Origin: a virus
IMG/VR virus record: IMGVR_UViG_3300036668_000173
Coordinates: 23,313 to 87,312 of that record
Reading direction: 5' to 3' (one strand)
Length of the DNA: 64,000 nucleotides
Each line of letters opens with the position of its first letter. Position 1 is the first letter of the stretch. Below the pieces are notes generated by a model. It saw nothing but the letters and a program-made list of their open reading frames with translations, made no database searches and was not told where the DNA came from. A program made the position numbers and the translations under genes. Of this stretch, positions 56,614 to 64,000 are shown in pieces.

Positions 56614-56788
56614 AATAGTGATTGTAATTTGTTTAGTATTAGCTCTAATTATTTGGGTATACGGTGGTTTCTTTCTACTAGAACACATATACAAGGACTG
56701 GCAAATATTTGGCACTGCAGCGTTATTTGTATTTAGTACTGGTGCGATATTTGCTGTTTTAGTATCTTACGCAATTAATCTATTTTAG
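56606..56788 (+). CDS. Small membrane protein (2 TM)
   Basis: GGAG SD; hydrophobic. Confidence 0.55.
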   Translation: MFEIVIVICLVLALIIWVYGGFFLLEHIYKDWQIFGTAALFVFSTGAIFAVLVSYAINLF

Positions 56789-56798
56789 GGATTATATT

Positions 56799-57122
56799 AT
56801 GACATCATCAAAAGACGATACTATGAATAAACTGTTTGAAGAAGGTCAAAAGATTTCAAAAATGATGGAAGAGGTTAAGAACGAATATGAAGCCAAGAAC
56901 GAAGACTGGTGGAAGAATCTTTCATATGAAGATAGATGTCATGCTTTCTATGCAGTCACTAAGCGTATATTTCAAGGTGAAATTATAGAAGAGGCATCAT
57001 ACCGAAAAGTGTTGTATGACATTTTTGGCTTTGGACCAGAAATGTATCTTGCTGGTATGGATTCTGGTTACATGGAAATTCATAATTCAATCGTATCACG
57101 TTATGCCAAAGTAAAGGACTAA
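56799..57122 (+). CDS. Conserved hypothetical protein
   Basis: SYRKVLYDIFGFGPEMY..GMDSGY.EIHN. Confidence 0.65.
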   Translation: MTSSKDDTMNKLFEEGQKISKMMEEVKNEYEAKNEDWWKNLSYEDRCHAFYAVTKRIFQGEIIEEASYRKVLYDIFGFGPEMYLAGMDSGYMEIHNSIVSRYAKVKD

Positions 57123-57126
57123 TGAG

Positions 57127-57849
57127 ATGGAATACACATACCTGATTCAAAAGAATTTTATGCGAAAAGAGCAACGTGCTATTGAGCAAGGAACAGAGTA
57201 TGATGTAATCAAGATGGAAGTAAATTATCCAGAGTTAGAAAGAATACTGAGCAAAAAGTTTGTAGTCCCTGTTGGAACAGTTGAATTTACTCAACGGTAC
57301 TGCGAATTAAATGGGTTTGAGTTACCAGACAACATCAGTTATCCCGACTCCTTAAATAAGTACTTAGATCGGTATGTTTGGAAGATACCCTTCAATCTCG
57401 CTCGGAGTAACGAATTTGTAAAACCTGTCAAGACAAAACAGTTCACGGGTTGTATCAAATCTCAACTCACCGAACAAGTAGATGCAGAAGAAATGGTATG
57501 GGTATCCGAACCAGTTGAATTTCTTTGTGAGTATAGGTACTATATCATTGATGGTAAGGTAGTGGGGTATTCTCAATATGATGATGGAGAGCATCCTAAT
57601 GAGCCTGATATCCAAGTAGTAAAAGATATGGTATCAGACTATGTTGACGCTCCAATAGGTTATACTATTGACGTTGGTATAGATTCTAGTGGCAGAACTA
57701 TTTTGGTCGAAGTAAATGATGGTTGGGCTCTTGGGCTGTATCCTTGGGGTAATATGAGTAATCGCGATTATGTCGAGCTGATAACTCGTCGTTGGATGCA
57801 GATTATACAAAATGAAAAGTGGTCAAAAGAAAAATTTGAAAAGGAATAA
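57127..57849 (+). CDS. ATP-grasp protein (R2K/DUF4343-like)
   Basis: PVGTVEF, FVKP..TK.FTG, EYRYYI, YTIDVG and LVEVNDGWALGLY. Confidence 0.82.
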   Translation: MEYTYLIQKNFMRKEQRAIEQGTEYDVIKMEVNYPELERILSKKFVVPVGTVEFTQRYCELNGFELPDNISYPDSLNKYLDRYVWKIPFNLARSNEFVKPVKTKQFTGCIKSQLTEQVDAEEMVWVSEPVEFLCEYRYYIIDGKVVGYSQYDDGEHPNEPDIQVVKDMVSDYVDAPIGYTIDVGIDSSGRTILVEVNDGWALGLYPWGNMSNRDYVELITRRWMQIIQNEKWSKEKFEKE

Positions 57850-57850
57850 T

Positions 57851-58036
57851 ATGAAAGCATTTTTATCTACAACTTCGAGCGGTTCTGAATTCATTGAGAT
57901 ACAGTATCATTCTCCCTTTTCAGGCCAACCCCGTACCATCGTATTGGCATACGACAAGGATGAAAACGGAGATAACGTTTTTGTTTTGAACAATGAAGTC
58001 TTAGGCGACTTACTCGATATTATGAACGATTGCTAA
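57851..58036 (+). CDS. Hypothetical protein
   Basis: AAGGA SD. Confidence 0.5.
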   Translation: MKAFLSTTSSGSEFIEIQYHSPFSGQPRTIVLAYDKDENGDNVFVLNNEVLGDLLDIMNDC

Positions 58037-58132
58037 TAATATGAATACTTATTTAGATGGCGAAGATGCAAATCAGTTTATAATTGCTCCAATGAAGAAT
58101 GGTGAAGAAAGTGTTATTAAAAAGGTTACTAT

Positions 58133-58420
58133 ATGAACGATAGACTAAAAGAGCTTGCAATACAGTCAGGCTTGTTATATAGAATTAATGCCAAAAGTAA
58201 GAAGACGAAAAGGAAAAAGCGGTCACTAAAATTGTTTGCTAAATTAATTGTATCAGAATGTTTTATAGCTTCAATGAAAACGTCTAATGGGTTCATTGAT
58301 CCATCTAGATTAGTTTCTATGATTGAATCGAGAATTGGAATTAAACCTTCACCTACATCGAATGATGGAGTTGACGAAAGAAGATATCAAAACACTTCGG
58401 TGTTGAGTGATAAATGTTAA
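58133..58420 (+). CDS. Hypothetical protein
   Basis: MNDRLKELA..A/SG...FA.LIV.EC pattern. Confidence 0.6.
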   Translation: MNDRLKELAIQSGLLYRINAKSKKTKRKKRSLKLFAKLIVSECFIASMKTSNGFIDPSRLVSMIESRIGIKPSPTSNDGVDERRYQNTSVLSDKC

Positions 58421-58597
58421 AGAAGATTTGGCATGTTTGGGCAAAGGCTCTTGGTGAAAAGACGGGTAAGACAAACACCGAAGCCGATCTTGTTGCCCTT
58501 ATAAGAACTGTTATAATACTGTTATAATACTGTTATAATACTGTTATATCTAATAACAAATGCGTTCATAGTATCTGGCGTCATACGGCATTGGTAA
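58414..58597 (+). pseudogene. Small membrane protein gene broken by expansion of an 11-bp tandem repeat
   Basis: WAKALGEK...IRTVIILL then stop; removing two repeat units restores YLITNAFIVSGVIRHW. Confidence 0.7.
58507..58548 (+). repeat. 11-bp tandem repeat ACTGTTATAAT x3.8
   Basis: Read directly from the sequence. Confidence 0.95.
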
Positions 58598-58616
58598 TTT
58601 TAAAGGAAAAAGTAAA

Positions 58617-59177
58617 ATGAAAAAGGCATTGTTTATTCTATGTGCTACCGTTTTGGTTAGTGGTTGTTCTTCTGCACCTAAGGCAATGAACGTCATTAAC
58701 GTGGTGAACAATCAAACCTACATTAGCTCCAACTCTAGTTTAATTGGGGGAGTAGTAGTGGGCGTTCAAGGAGTCTATACCACAAAATATACTCCTGTTA
58801 GAACAAAGACGTGTGTAGATCGCGAAGTTCCTATCTATGGGGCGTCTAGGGCGTCTAATGTCATTATAGGGGTAGGGGCAGTGTTGGGTACGCTTGTTGC
58901 CCCAGGGTCGTCCTCGGTCTTAGTCTACAGTGGTTCTACTATTGTCGAGCGAGTATCGGGCGAAACCGTTACCGAAATCATTAACCCTAATCAAAACATT
59001 GTGGGCTACAAAAAAGTACCCGAGTGTCGTATTGAGGAAACCGTAGTTCAGGAACAGGTCATTGGATCCTACACCGTCGTAGTTCGACTTGGTGGGCAAG
59101 ATCTAGTATTTTCGACACCAAGAAAATATGTTGTGGGTCAACAAGTTGTCATTGACGTGAATCGAAATCTGTTATAA
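58617..59177 (+). CDS. Putative lipoprotein, paralog C'
   Basis: VSGC lipobox; shares YTPVR.KTC, VPECRI and IDVNRNLL with 54726-55271. Confidence 0.7.
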   Translation: MKKALFILCATVLVSGCSSAPKAMNVINVVNNQTYISSNSSLIGGVVVGVQGVYTTKYTPVRTKTCVDREVPIYGASRASNVIIGVGAVLGTLVAPGSSSVLVYSGSTIVERVSGETVTEIINPNQNIVGYKKVPECRIEETVVQEQVIGSYTVVVRLGGQDLVFSTPRKYVVGQQVVIDVNRNLL

Positions 59178-59388
59178 AATGCTTAAAATTTTAGGAGAAC
59201 ATTTTGAAAATTTACCTCAATCGTGAGCAATTAACTACTTTGAATCGGATAGTCGAACACTTTACCGAAGTCAATGAATTTTTAATAGAGGCGCCTACTA
59301 ACCCAACACCTAAAATAGGTCAGGGGTTAACGGTCAGTTTTAATTTGTATAATACAATTACGTCAACCATTGAATTAAATTAAAAATC

Positions 59389-59952
59389 ATGAAAACTTAT
59401 TTAACAAGTGATCTACACTTTGGTCATAAAAACATTTTTAACTTTTGTCCTGATACCCGCTCTCGATACAAAAATGATGGGGTAGAAGATCTTGACTATA
59501 TGGCCGAGTCGATGATATCCGAATGGAATGATACCGTAGAACAAAATGACCTAGTCTACATTCTAGGTGATATTGCATTTTTACCTTCACAGTCTGCAAT
59601 AAAAATCATGAGGCGATTGAATGGCAAAAAGATTCTTATTGCAGGTAATCATGATAAGAAGACAATCAAAGATCCTGTCTTTCGTTCCTGCTTTGAGTCT
59701 ATCCATGACTATTTAGAAGTCAACTACGACGGCACAAAAATCGTAATGTGTCACTATCCTATCTATGATCACAATGGGGCGGGTAGGGGCTCCCTGATGC
59801 TCCATGGGCACCGTCACGGAAAGCCACATAACATTGAGGGTAAGATTATGGACGTGGGCTATGATGCCACAGGCGAGATCGTGATGGACATAGAGCGCAT
59901 CATTAATAAACTGAGTCATGTCCCCCACATGTACCATAATGATCCAAGATGA
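59389..59952 (+). CDS. Calcineurin-like metallophosphoesterase
   Basis: SDLHFGH, LGD, GNHD, CHYP, LHGH.HG and DVG.D. Confidence 0.9.
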   Translation: MKTYLTSDLHFGHKNIFNFCPDTRSRYKNDGVEDLDYMAESMISEWNDTVEQNDLVYILGDIAFLPSQSAIKIMRRLNGKKILIAGNHDKKTIKDPVFRSCFESIHDYLEVNYDGTKIVMCHYPIYDHNGAGRGSLMLHGHRHGKPHNIEGKIMDVGYDATGEIVMDIERIINKLSHVPHMYHNDPR

Positions 59953-60139
59953 GTCTCACTTACCTGTATCTGAGCAGTCTCTGGTCTTTAGGTTAAAGAG
60001 GCGAGCAGAGATCAGGAGACAAATATCAACACGTAAAAGTGTTCAAGAGGGCATCAGGGATCGCTTGGCAGATTTGTTGGACGAAGCCGCATCCGAAATA
60101 ATCAGACTACAAAAGGACGAAGCAGATGACCGAAAGTGA
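59939..60139 (+). CDS. Conserved hypothetical protein
   Basis: LVFRLKRRAEIRRQISTRKSVQEG..DRLADLL.EAA.EI. Confidence 0.65.
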   Translation: MIQDESHLPVSEQSLVFRLKRRAEIRRQISTRKSVQEGIRDRLADLLDEAASEIIRLQKDEADDRK

Positions 60140-60365
60140 AATTAAAGTGCTTATTGAATGGGATCAAATTCGAAAAATCATATTGTCTGAGCTTAGTGTC
60201 GATCGAGACTTTTTGATGAGTGATCTTAGACGACATCAAAAAAAGGATAGCGCCAATCAGCCAGAGGTCTTTTTTCCCGATAAAGAAAAGGACGTCAAAG
60301 AAATCAAAAAATACATAAAGGCTTTCTCTAGGGTTATCAAGTATTATGACGAGAATCCACCGTGA
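60126..60365 (+). CDS. Hypothetical protein
   Basis: Overlapping ORF. Confidence 0.55.
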   Translation: MTESEIKVLIEWDQIRKIILSELSVDRDFLMSDLRRHQKKDSANQPEVFFPDKEKDVKEIKKYIKAFSRVIKYYDENPP

Positions 60366-60664
60366 TGAGCGGCGAAGACTTAGTCAAGTTTTTGGTTTTG
60401 TTGCGTGAGACAGGCGGTCTTGATTTGTATTGGAAGAACCGCATCACCGAGGTGATAAAAAAACTAGGAGGGTGACTTACTATGTTTCTAATTTACGTGT
60501 TTGTGTTTTCGGTTGCATCAATGGTGATTTGTATAATATCTTCTATCATTTACAATGGCGGTGTTGTTTTTAAACAAAACCCTTAATTATTACTTTTCTC
60601 CTATAAAAATTGTGATATACTATTTTTGTTGAGTTGTTAAACAGTAAAAAAAGGAAGACACATC

Positions 60665-61030
60665 ATGAAAGTATCTACTCGCTCCATGCCTTATCTTACT
60701 CAAGAAAACATTAATCTAATGATTGATCAAGCAAAATCCGCGGCAAGTATCGCGGCGACAGATTATCTGAACAATAATCTAGGTGGTCGTGACACAGGAT
60801 CTTGTGGCTTTGCTTGGGTTAATTTGCCTAATATTCACGGAAACTCAAAGCTTGCTAAGATGTTAAAGAATGCAGGTCTTCGTCGTGACTATAGGGGTTC
60901 ATTTCAAATTTGGAATCCTGCTCAGGTCGGGGCTCAAAACATAGACGTATTGTTTTCGGGTGCTCTAGCGGCAGAAGCTGTTTTGTGCTCATATGGCTTT
61001 GAAGCCTATGCAGGTAGTCGCGTAGATTAA
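60665..61030 (+). CDS. Conserved early hypothetical protein
   Basis: CGFAWV...Q......GA.A...L...G..AYAGSR.D; promoter GTGATATACT and AAGGA SD. Confidence 0.7.
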   Translation: MKVSTRSMPYLTQENINLMIDQAKSAASIAATDYLNNNLGGRDTGSCGFAWVNLPNIHGNSKLAKMLKNAGLRRDYRGSFQIWNPAQVGAQNIDVLFSGALAAEAVLCSYGFEAYAGSRVD

Positions 61031-61069
61031 AATTGTGTGGTATACTTGATTTTTATAGGGAAACACAAA

Positions 61070-61288
61070 ATGTTTACAGTAACAGAGTTCGTTAGTTATG
61101 TTGAGAGTTTTTACGGTGAAAATGGAATTTATCCCTTCACCAACTTAAAAACACGTGATATCACAATAGCCGTTAATGGCTACATCGGGTCATTGGGTGA
61201 AGAAGAGTTCTGCGCCGATAGCGTGGATCGTGAGCGTGTTCGTGATATCTTATTAAAAACTTTTTACTGTGAGTCGTTTAGTAATTAA
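61070..61288 (+). CDS. Hypothetical protein
   Basis: F.SYV.SFYG.NGIY and DSVDRERVRD. Confidence 0.65.
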   Translation: MFTVTEFVSYVESFYGENGIYPFTNLKTRDITIAVNGYIGSLGEEEFCADSVDRERVRDILLKTFYCESFSN

Positions 61289-61329
61289 GTTCTTCACCAG
61301 ATGATATGTGCCAACAACTAGGACGTAAA

Positions 61330-61521
61330 ATGAAACCTCAAACAAGTATTAGTTCTTTAGTTAAGGTTCTTCTTGAAAAAAAAAGAGATCCTTTCTATAT
61401 TTTGGGCTATGTTGAAGCTCTATATGAGCGAAGAATTTGTAGATTGTCGCCAAAGCAACAGGCGGAATTGTCTCAAGACATAGAAGAAACAATTGATTAT
61501 ATAAACAAGGGAGTTGTATAA
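61330..61521 (+). CDS. Hypothetical protein
   Basis: AGGA SD. Confidence 0.5.
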   Translation: MKPQTSISSLVKVLLEKKRDPFYILGYVEALYERRICRLSPKQQAELSQDIEETIDYINKGVV

Positions 61522-61522
61522 C

Positions 61523-61990
61523 ATGGCAACACGATCAACTATTGCATTAGAATTAGCCGACGGTTCAATTAAGCAAGTGTACTGTCATTGGGATGGCTAT
61601 ATTTCTAATAACGGTGTTATCTTATTTAATCATTACTCGGATCCAAAAAAATTAGAGACCTTACTTGATATGAGTGATATTAGCTCTTTGGGTAAAGATA
61701 TTGGGGTCAAGCATCCATTTTCGTTTGTTGAAGCTGGAGTCTCTGTAGATAGTTTCCACAAATTATATGACGATATGACTACATTTTATGGTCGTGATCG
61801 TGAAGAAAAAAATATTCGTCCTGTTCGAGTCTTTGAGAACTTTAAAGATTATCTTGCAAAAAACGATAGTGAAGAGTATAACTATATTTTACGCTCGGAT
61901 GGTGAGTGGTACGTAGACTCTGGTCGTGGTCATGTGTCATTGTGGGCACAAATAAAATTAATAGAAGTGTTCGAAACCGCTTCGGCATAA
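61523..61990 (+). CDS. Conserved early hypothetical protein
   Basis: MATRSTI, VYCHWDGY, FYGRDR.E and EEYNY. Confidence 0.75.
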   Translation: MATRSTIALELADGSIKQVYCHWDGYISNNGVILFNHYSDPKKLETLLDMSDISSLGKDIGVKHPFSFVEAGVSVDSFHKLYDDMTTFYGRDREEKNIRPVRVFENFKDYLAKNDSEEYNYILRSDGEWYVDSGRGHVSLWAQIKLIEVFETASA

Positions 61991-61993
61991 ACT

Positions 61994-62045
61994 AGAACGG
62001 TGATCCGATGAATAAACTGTTACTTGGGATCACCGTTCTTTTTTT
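61994..62045 (+). terminator. Intrinsic terminator
   Basis: AGAACGGTGATCC / GGATCACCGTTCT stem followed by a T run. Confidence 0.8.
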
Positions 62046-62178
62046 CATTGGGTTCATTTGGACTGTAACCCTTGTCATGATCATAGGTTGAGGTATGACC
62101 CCCATAAAATAACTTTACTCTTTTCATAGAAGGCACTATAATTACTGTATTGAAGTTAATTGATACTAGGAAAACGAA

Positions 62179-62964
62179 ATGGAAATGAAAGCACTCTATG
62201 GGTTTATCTCTACTGGCGACAAAGTGGCTTTGTATACATTAAGAATTATGTATGAAGTTCCCGTTAGAACTGAGTTCGGTATTAGTTGGATCATGGAAGA
62301 GCATTATATTCGAAACTTATCGAACGACAAAGATAAGGCTCTCGAGAAGGCTAACTTGTTGTTATCTGATATGGGTTTATCATTAAAGGGTGATCCATCA
62401 TTTGACTTGAACGAAATTAAGCGTCGAAGCTCAGAGGCTCTTGAGAGCGAGCGCGACGCGCTCGCTAAGAAAACTGCCGAGATTAAGGCAGAAGCCGAAA
62501 AAGTCTTTGTCGAGGCTTGTGGTAAGAACGTTTTTTTAGTCGGTAAGCATATCGGCTTTACGCCAGAAGATGTCTACTCAAAAGATCCCAGCTATATACT
62601 TTGGTTAAACGGTATGGAAATAGAGTCAGAGATTTTAAATAAGTTTGACGTCAATGTTAAAATCGCCAAAGATTTTGTCGTGAAAAACGATATAAAAGGT
62701 CCAACCTTTGTTGGCGAGGTCGGTGAGAAAATAACATTAAATTTGACCTTGATTAAATCATACGCTCTTATTGGTTATTTTCGTTCTATTGTATTTACAT
62801 GTAAGACACCAGAAAACAATATTGTTAAGTTCTTTAGTACAGCTAAAGGATTTCTTGCATTAGAGGATGGCGATTCTTTTAGTGTAGTTGGTACAGTAAA
62901 AAGTCACAATGACTACAGTGGTAGAAAATCTACATCAATTAATCGCCCTAAGATGGCAAAATAA
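62179..62964 (+). CDS. Hypothetical protein with a C-terminal OB-fold-like domain
   Basis: FVGEVGEK...GTVKSH.DY.G.K.T.INRPK; TTTACT-17-TATAAT early promoter upstream. Confidence 0.65.
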   Translation: MEMKALYGFISTGDKVALYTLRIMYEVPVRTEFGISWIMEEHYIRNLSNDKDKALEKANLLLSDMGLSLKGDPSFDLNEIKRRSSEALESERDALAKKTAEIKAEAEKVFVEACGKNVFLVGKHIGFTPEDVYSKDPSYILWLNGMEIESEILNKFDVNVKIAKDFVVKNDIKGPTFVGEVGEKITLNLTLIKSYALIGYFRSIVFTCKTPENNIVKFFSTAKGFLALEDGDSFSVVGTVKSHNDYSGRKSTSINRPKMAK

Positions 62965-63090
62965 AGGGTCGCAAAGGCTATGACCGATATATCCCTATTC
63001 GGTTATCCTCAAACAGGCGAGTACGGCGAAATTCCGTATCATAAAAATTTGTTTACACTTAGTCGAGTAAACAAAGCTCAATCAAGACTT
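62964..63090 (+). repeat. Copy 1 of an exact direct repeat of at least 127 bp; structured-RNA candidate
   Basis: Identical to 63874-64000. Confidence 0.9.
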
Positions 63091-63227
63091 GAGGACAGTC
63101 GTCCAATAACCAGAAGACAATATGGGGCTTGTTTAGGGACAGGCACTATATTTGAGATGGATACATGAGTCGCGTTGCGATAAACTTTAAGTAGAGATGT
63201 ATTCTTCTCAAATATAGTAAATAGCTG

Positions 63228-63290
63228 TTGACAAATAGTAAAAAGTAAGTTATAATGGTTGTATAGTAAGAAATCGTTCTTTAAAAATTT
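63228..63290 (+). promoter_or_regulatory. Consensus sigma70 promoter plus boxA-like antitermination site for the tRNA operon
   Basis: TTGACA at 63228-63233, 17-nt spacer, TATAAT at 63251-63256, then CGTTCTTTAAAA. Confidence 0.85.
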
Positions 63291-63292
63291 AT

Positions 63293-63367
63293 GTCCCTAT
63301 AGATTATCGGTTAGATCATCACCCTTTCACGGTGGAGAGCCCAGTTCGATTCTGGGTGGGGACGCCA
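63293..63367 (+). tRNA. tRNA-Glu (anticodon TTC) with encoded CCA
   Basis: Acceptor stem GTCCCTA/TGGGGAC, anticodon loop CTTTCAC, T-loop TTCGATT. Confidence 0.93.
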
Positions 63368-63481
63368 TATTTAAGTACATTCGTTGATCGGTGAGCAACA
63401 CAAATTGCAGATCCGCAAATGTCGATGAGTTTGGTACTCGCAGTTTAAGACGGTTCGATTCCGTAGTGTACTTTAATATGG
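63365..63481 (+). ncRNA. Long-stem element enclosing multiple hairpins, including a T-loop
   Basis: CCATATTTAAGTACATT / AGTGTACTTTAATATGG stem; internal ACGG-TTCGATT-CCGT. Confidence 0.55.
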
Positions 63482-63571
63482 TTTCTGATTGCCAATACAT
63501 GAAAGGCGTTCAACGCTGAGTACTTGTGGAGGATAGTGTCTGAGACATTGGCCCGAAGGACGGGAACAAGG

Positions 63572-63687
63572 TACCATATTGAAGTGCATTACATGACGCC
63601 TCGGCGAAGGGATTCTAGAAGCCCAGTAGCGATTAATAATTAAACATGTAGATGGGTTCGCATGGTGTAGTGTGCTTCAATATGGTA
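63572..63687 (+). ncRNA. Second long-stem element with related arms and a different interior
   Basis: 22-bp stem TACCATATTGAAGTGCATTACA / TGTAGTGTGCTTCAATATGGTA including G-U pairs. Confidence 0.55.
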
Positions 63688-63873
63688 TCAACGAAGACGA
63701 CAGGTCAGCATTATCAAATTCGATGAGGTATAACATGATTGTAAATTCTTATAACCACCCACGGGGCACCATTTGCATTGCACTAATGTACATAGGATGG
63801 CAACGAGCTTTTAAAATAGACAATCAGCACCACTATAAAGAGTTTACAGGGTGCTTTAGTATCATATAGAATT

Positions 63874-64000
63874 AAGGGTCGCAAAGGCTATGACCGATAT
63901 ATCCCTATTCGGTTATCCTCAAACAGGCGAGTACGGCGAAATTCCGTATCATAAAAATTTGTTTACACTTAGTCGAGTAAACAAAGCTCAATCAAGACTT
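63874..64000 (+). repeat. Copy 2 of the direct repeat (runs off the window end)
   Basis: Identical to 62964-63090, offset 910 bp. Confidence 0.9.

Noticed and set aside
1226-59937. The many minus-strand ORFs in the track (e.g. 1226-1717, 10659-11090, 18622-19086, 31183-31620)
   Set aside because: They lie antisense to well-supported + strand genes and show no recognisable motifs, so they are treated as shadow ORFs.
62980-63168. 62-aa ORF in the duplicated element
   Set aside because: No convincing SD, dense base-pairing and location in the tRNA region favour a non-coding RNA; coding is not fully excluded.
63419-63445. Hammerhead-like GATGAG...CTC hairpin
   Set aside because: It lacks the CUGANGA and GAAA core (reads UCGAUGA and GCAG).
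63382-63470. Second canonical tRNA gene
   Set aside because: It has a T-arm but no 7-bp acceptor stem with CCA and no proper anticodon arm; kept only as a tRNA-like element.
63672-63869. 65-aa ORF in the tRNA region
   Set aside because: The GTG start lies inside a stem arm, with no SD and no recognisable motif.
1-64000. Stop-codon reassignment
   Set aside because: Core genes are full length in the standard code, TAA, TAG and TGA all act as stops, and the only tRNA seen is a normal Glu(TTC).

Overview
The window is a 64 kb segment of a T4-like myophage genome, AT-rich, in the standard genetic code, with essentially all genes on the + strand. The sigma70-type promoters and class Ia NrdAB suggest a proteobacterial host, but this is inference. 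Bases 1-25.7 kb hold the replication, recombination and late-transcription module: uvsW, gp55, gp47/46, the CobT/CobS-like pair, gp45/44/62, regA, hsp20, gp43, uvsX, gp41 and thyX. Inserted in that module are a T5 A1-like metallo-nuclease and a glycosyltransferase plus methyltransferase. Bases 25.8-36.5 kb form a late-promoter block of proteins whose N-termini resemble T4 internal-protein capsid-targeting sequences. It includes a RelA/SpoT-like synthetase, a cytidyltransferase, a HicA-containing modular protein and a repeat polyprotein, plus an untagged HD hydrolase. Bases 36.6-46 kb carry nrdAB, glutaredoxin, a GIY-YIG nuclease, RNase H, PhoH and a P-loop kinase. Bases 46-63 kb are an early accessory region with RNA-repair and nucleotide enzymes and duplicated cassettes. 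The window ends in a tRNA-Glu and structured-ncRNA cluster. The most notable non-coding signals are a 44-bp promoter/G-tract element present twice in inverted orientation 41 kb apart, late promoters buried inside hairpins, apparently leaderless late mRNAs, and long-stem RNA elements near the tRNA. All family calls come from motif recognition by eye, not from database searches.
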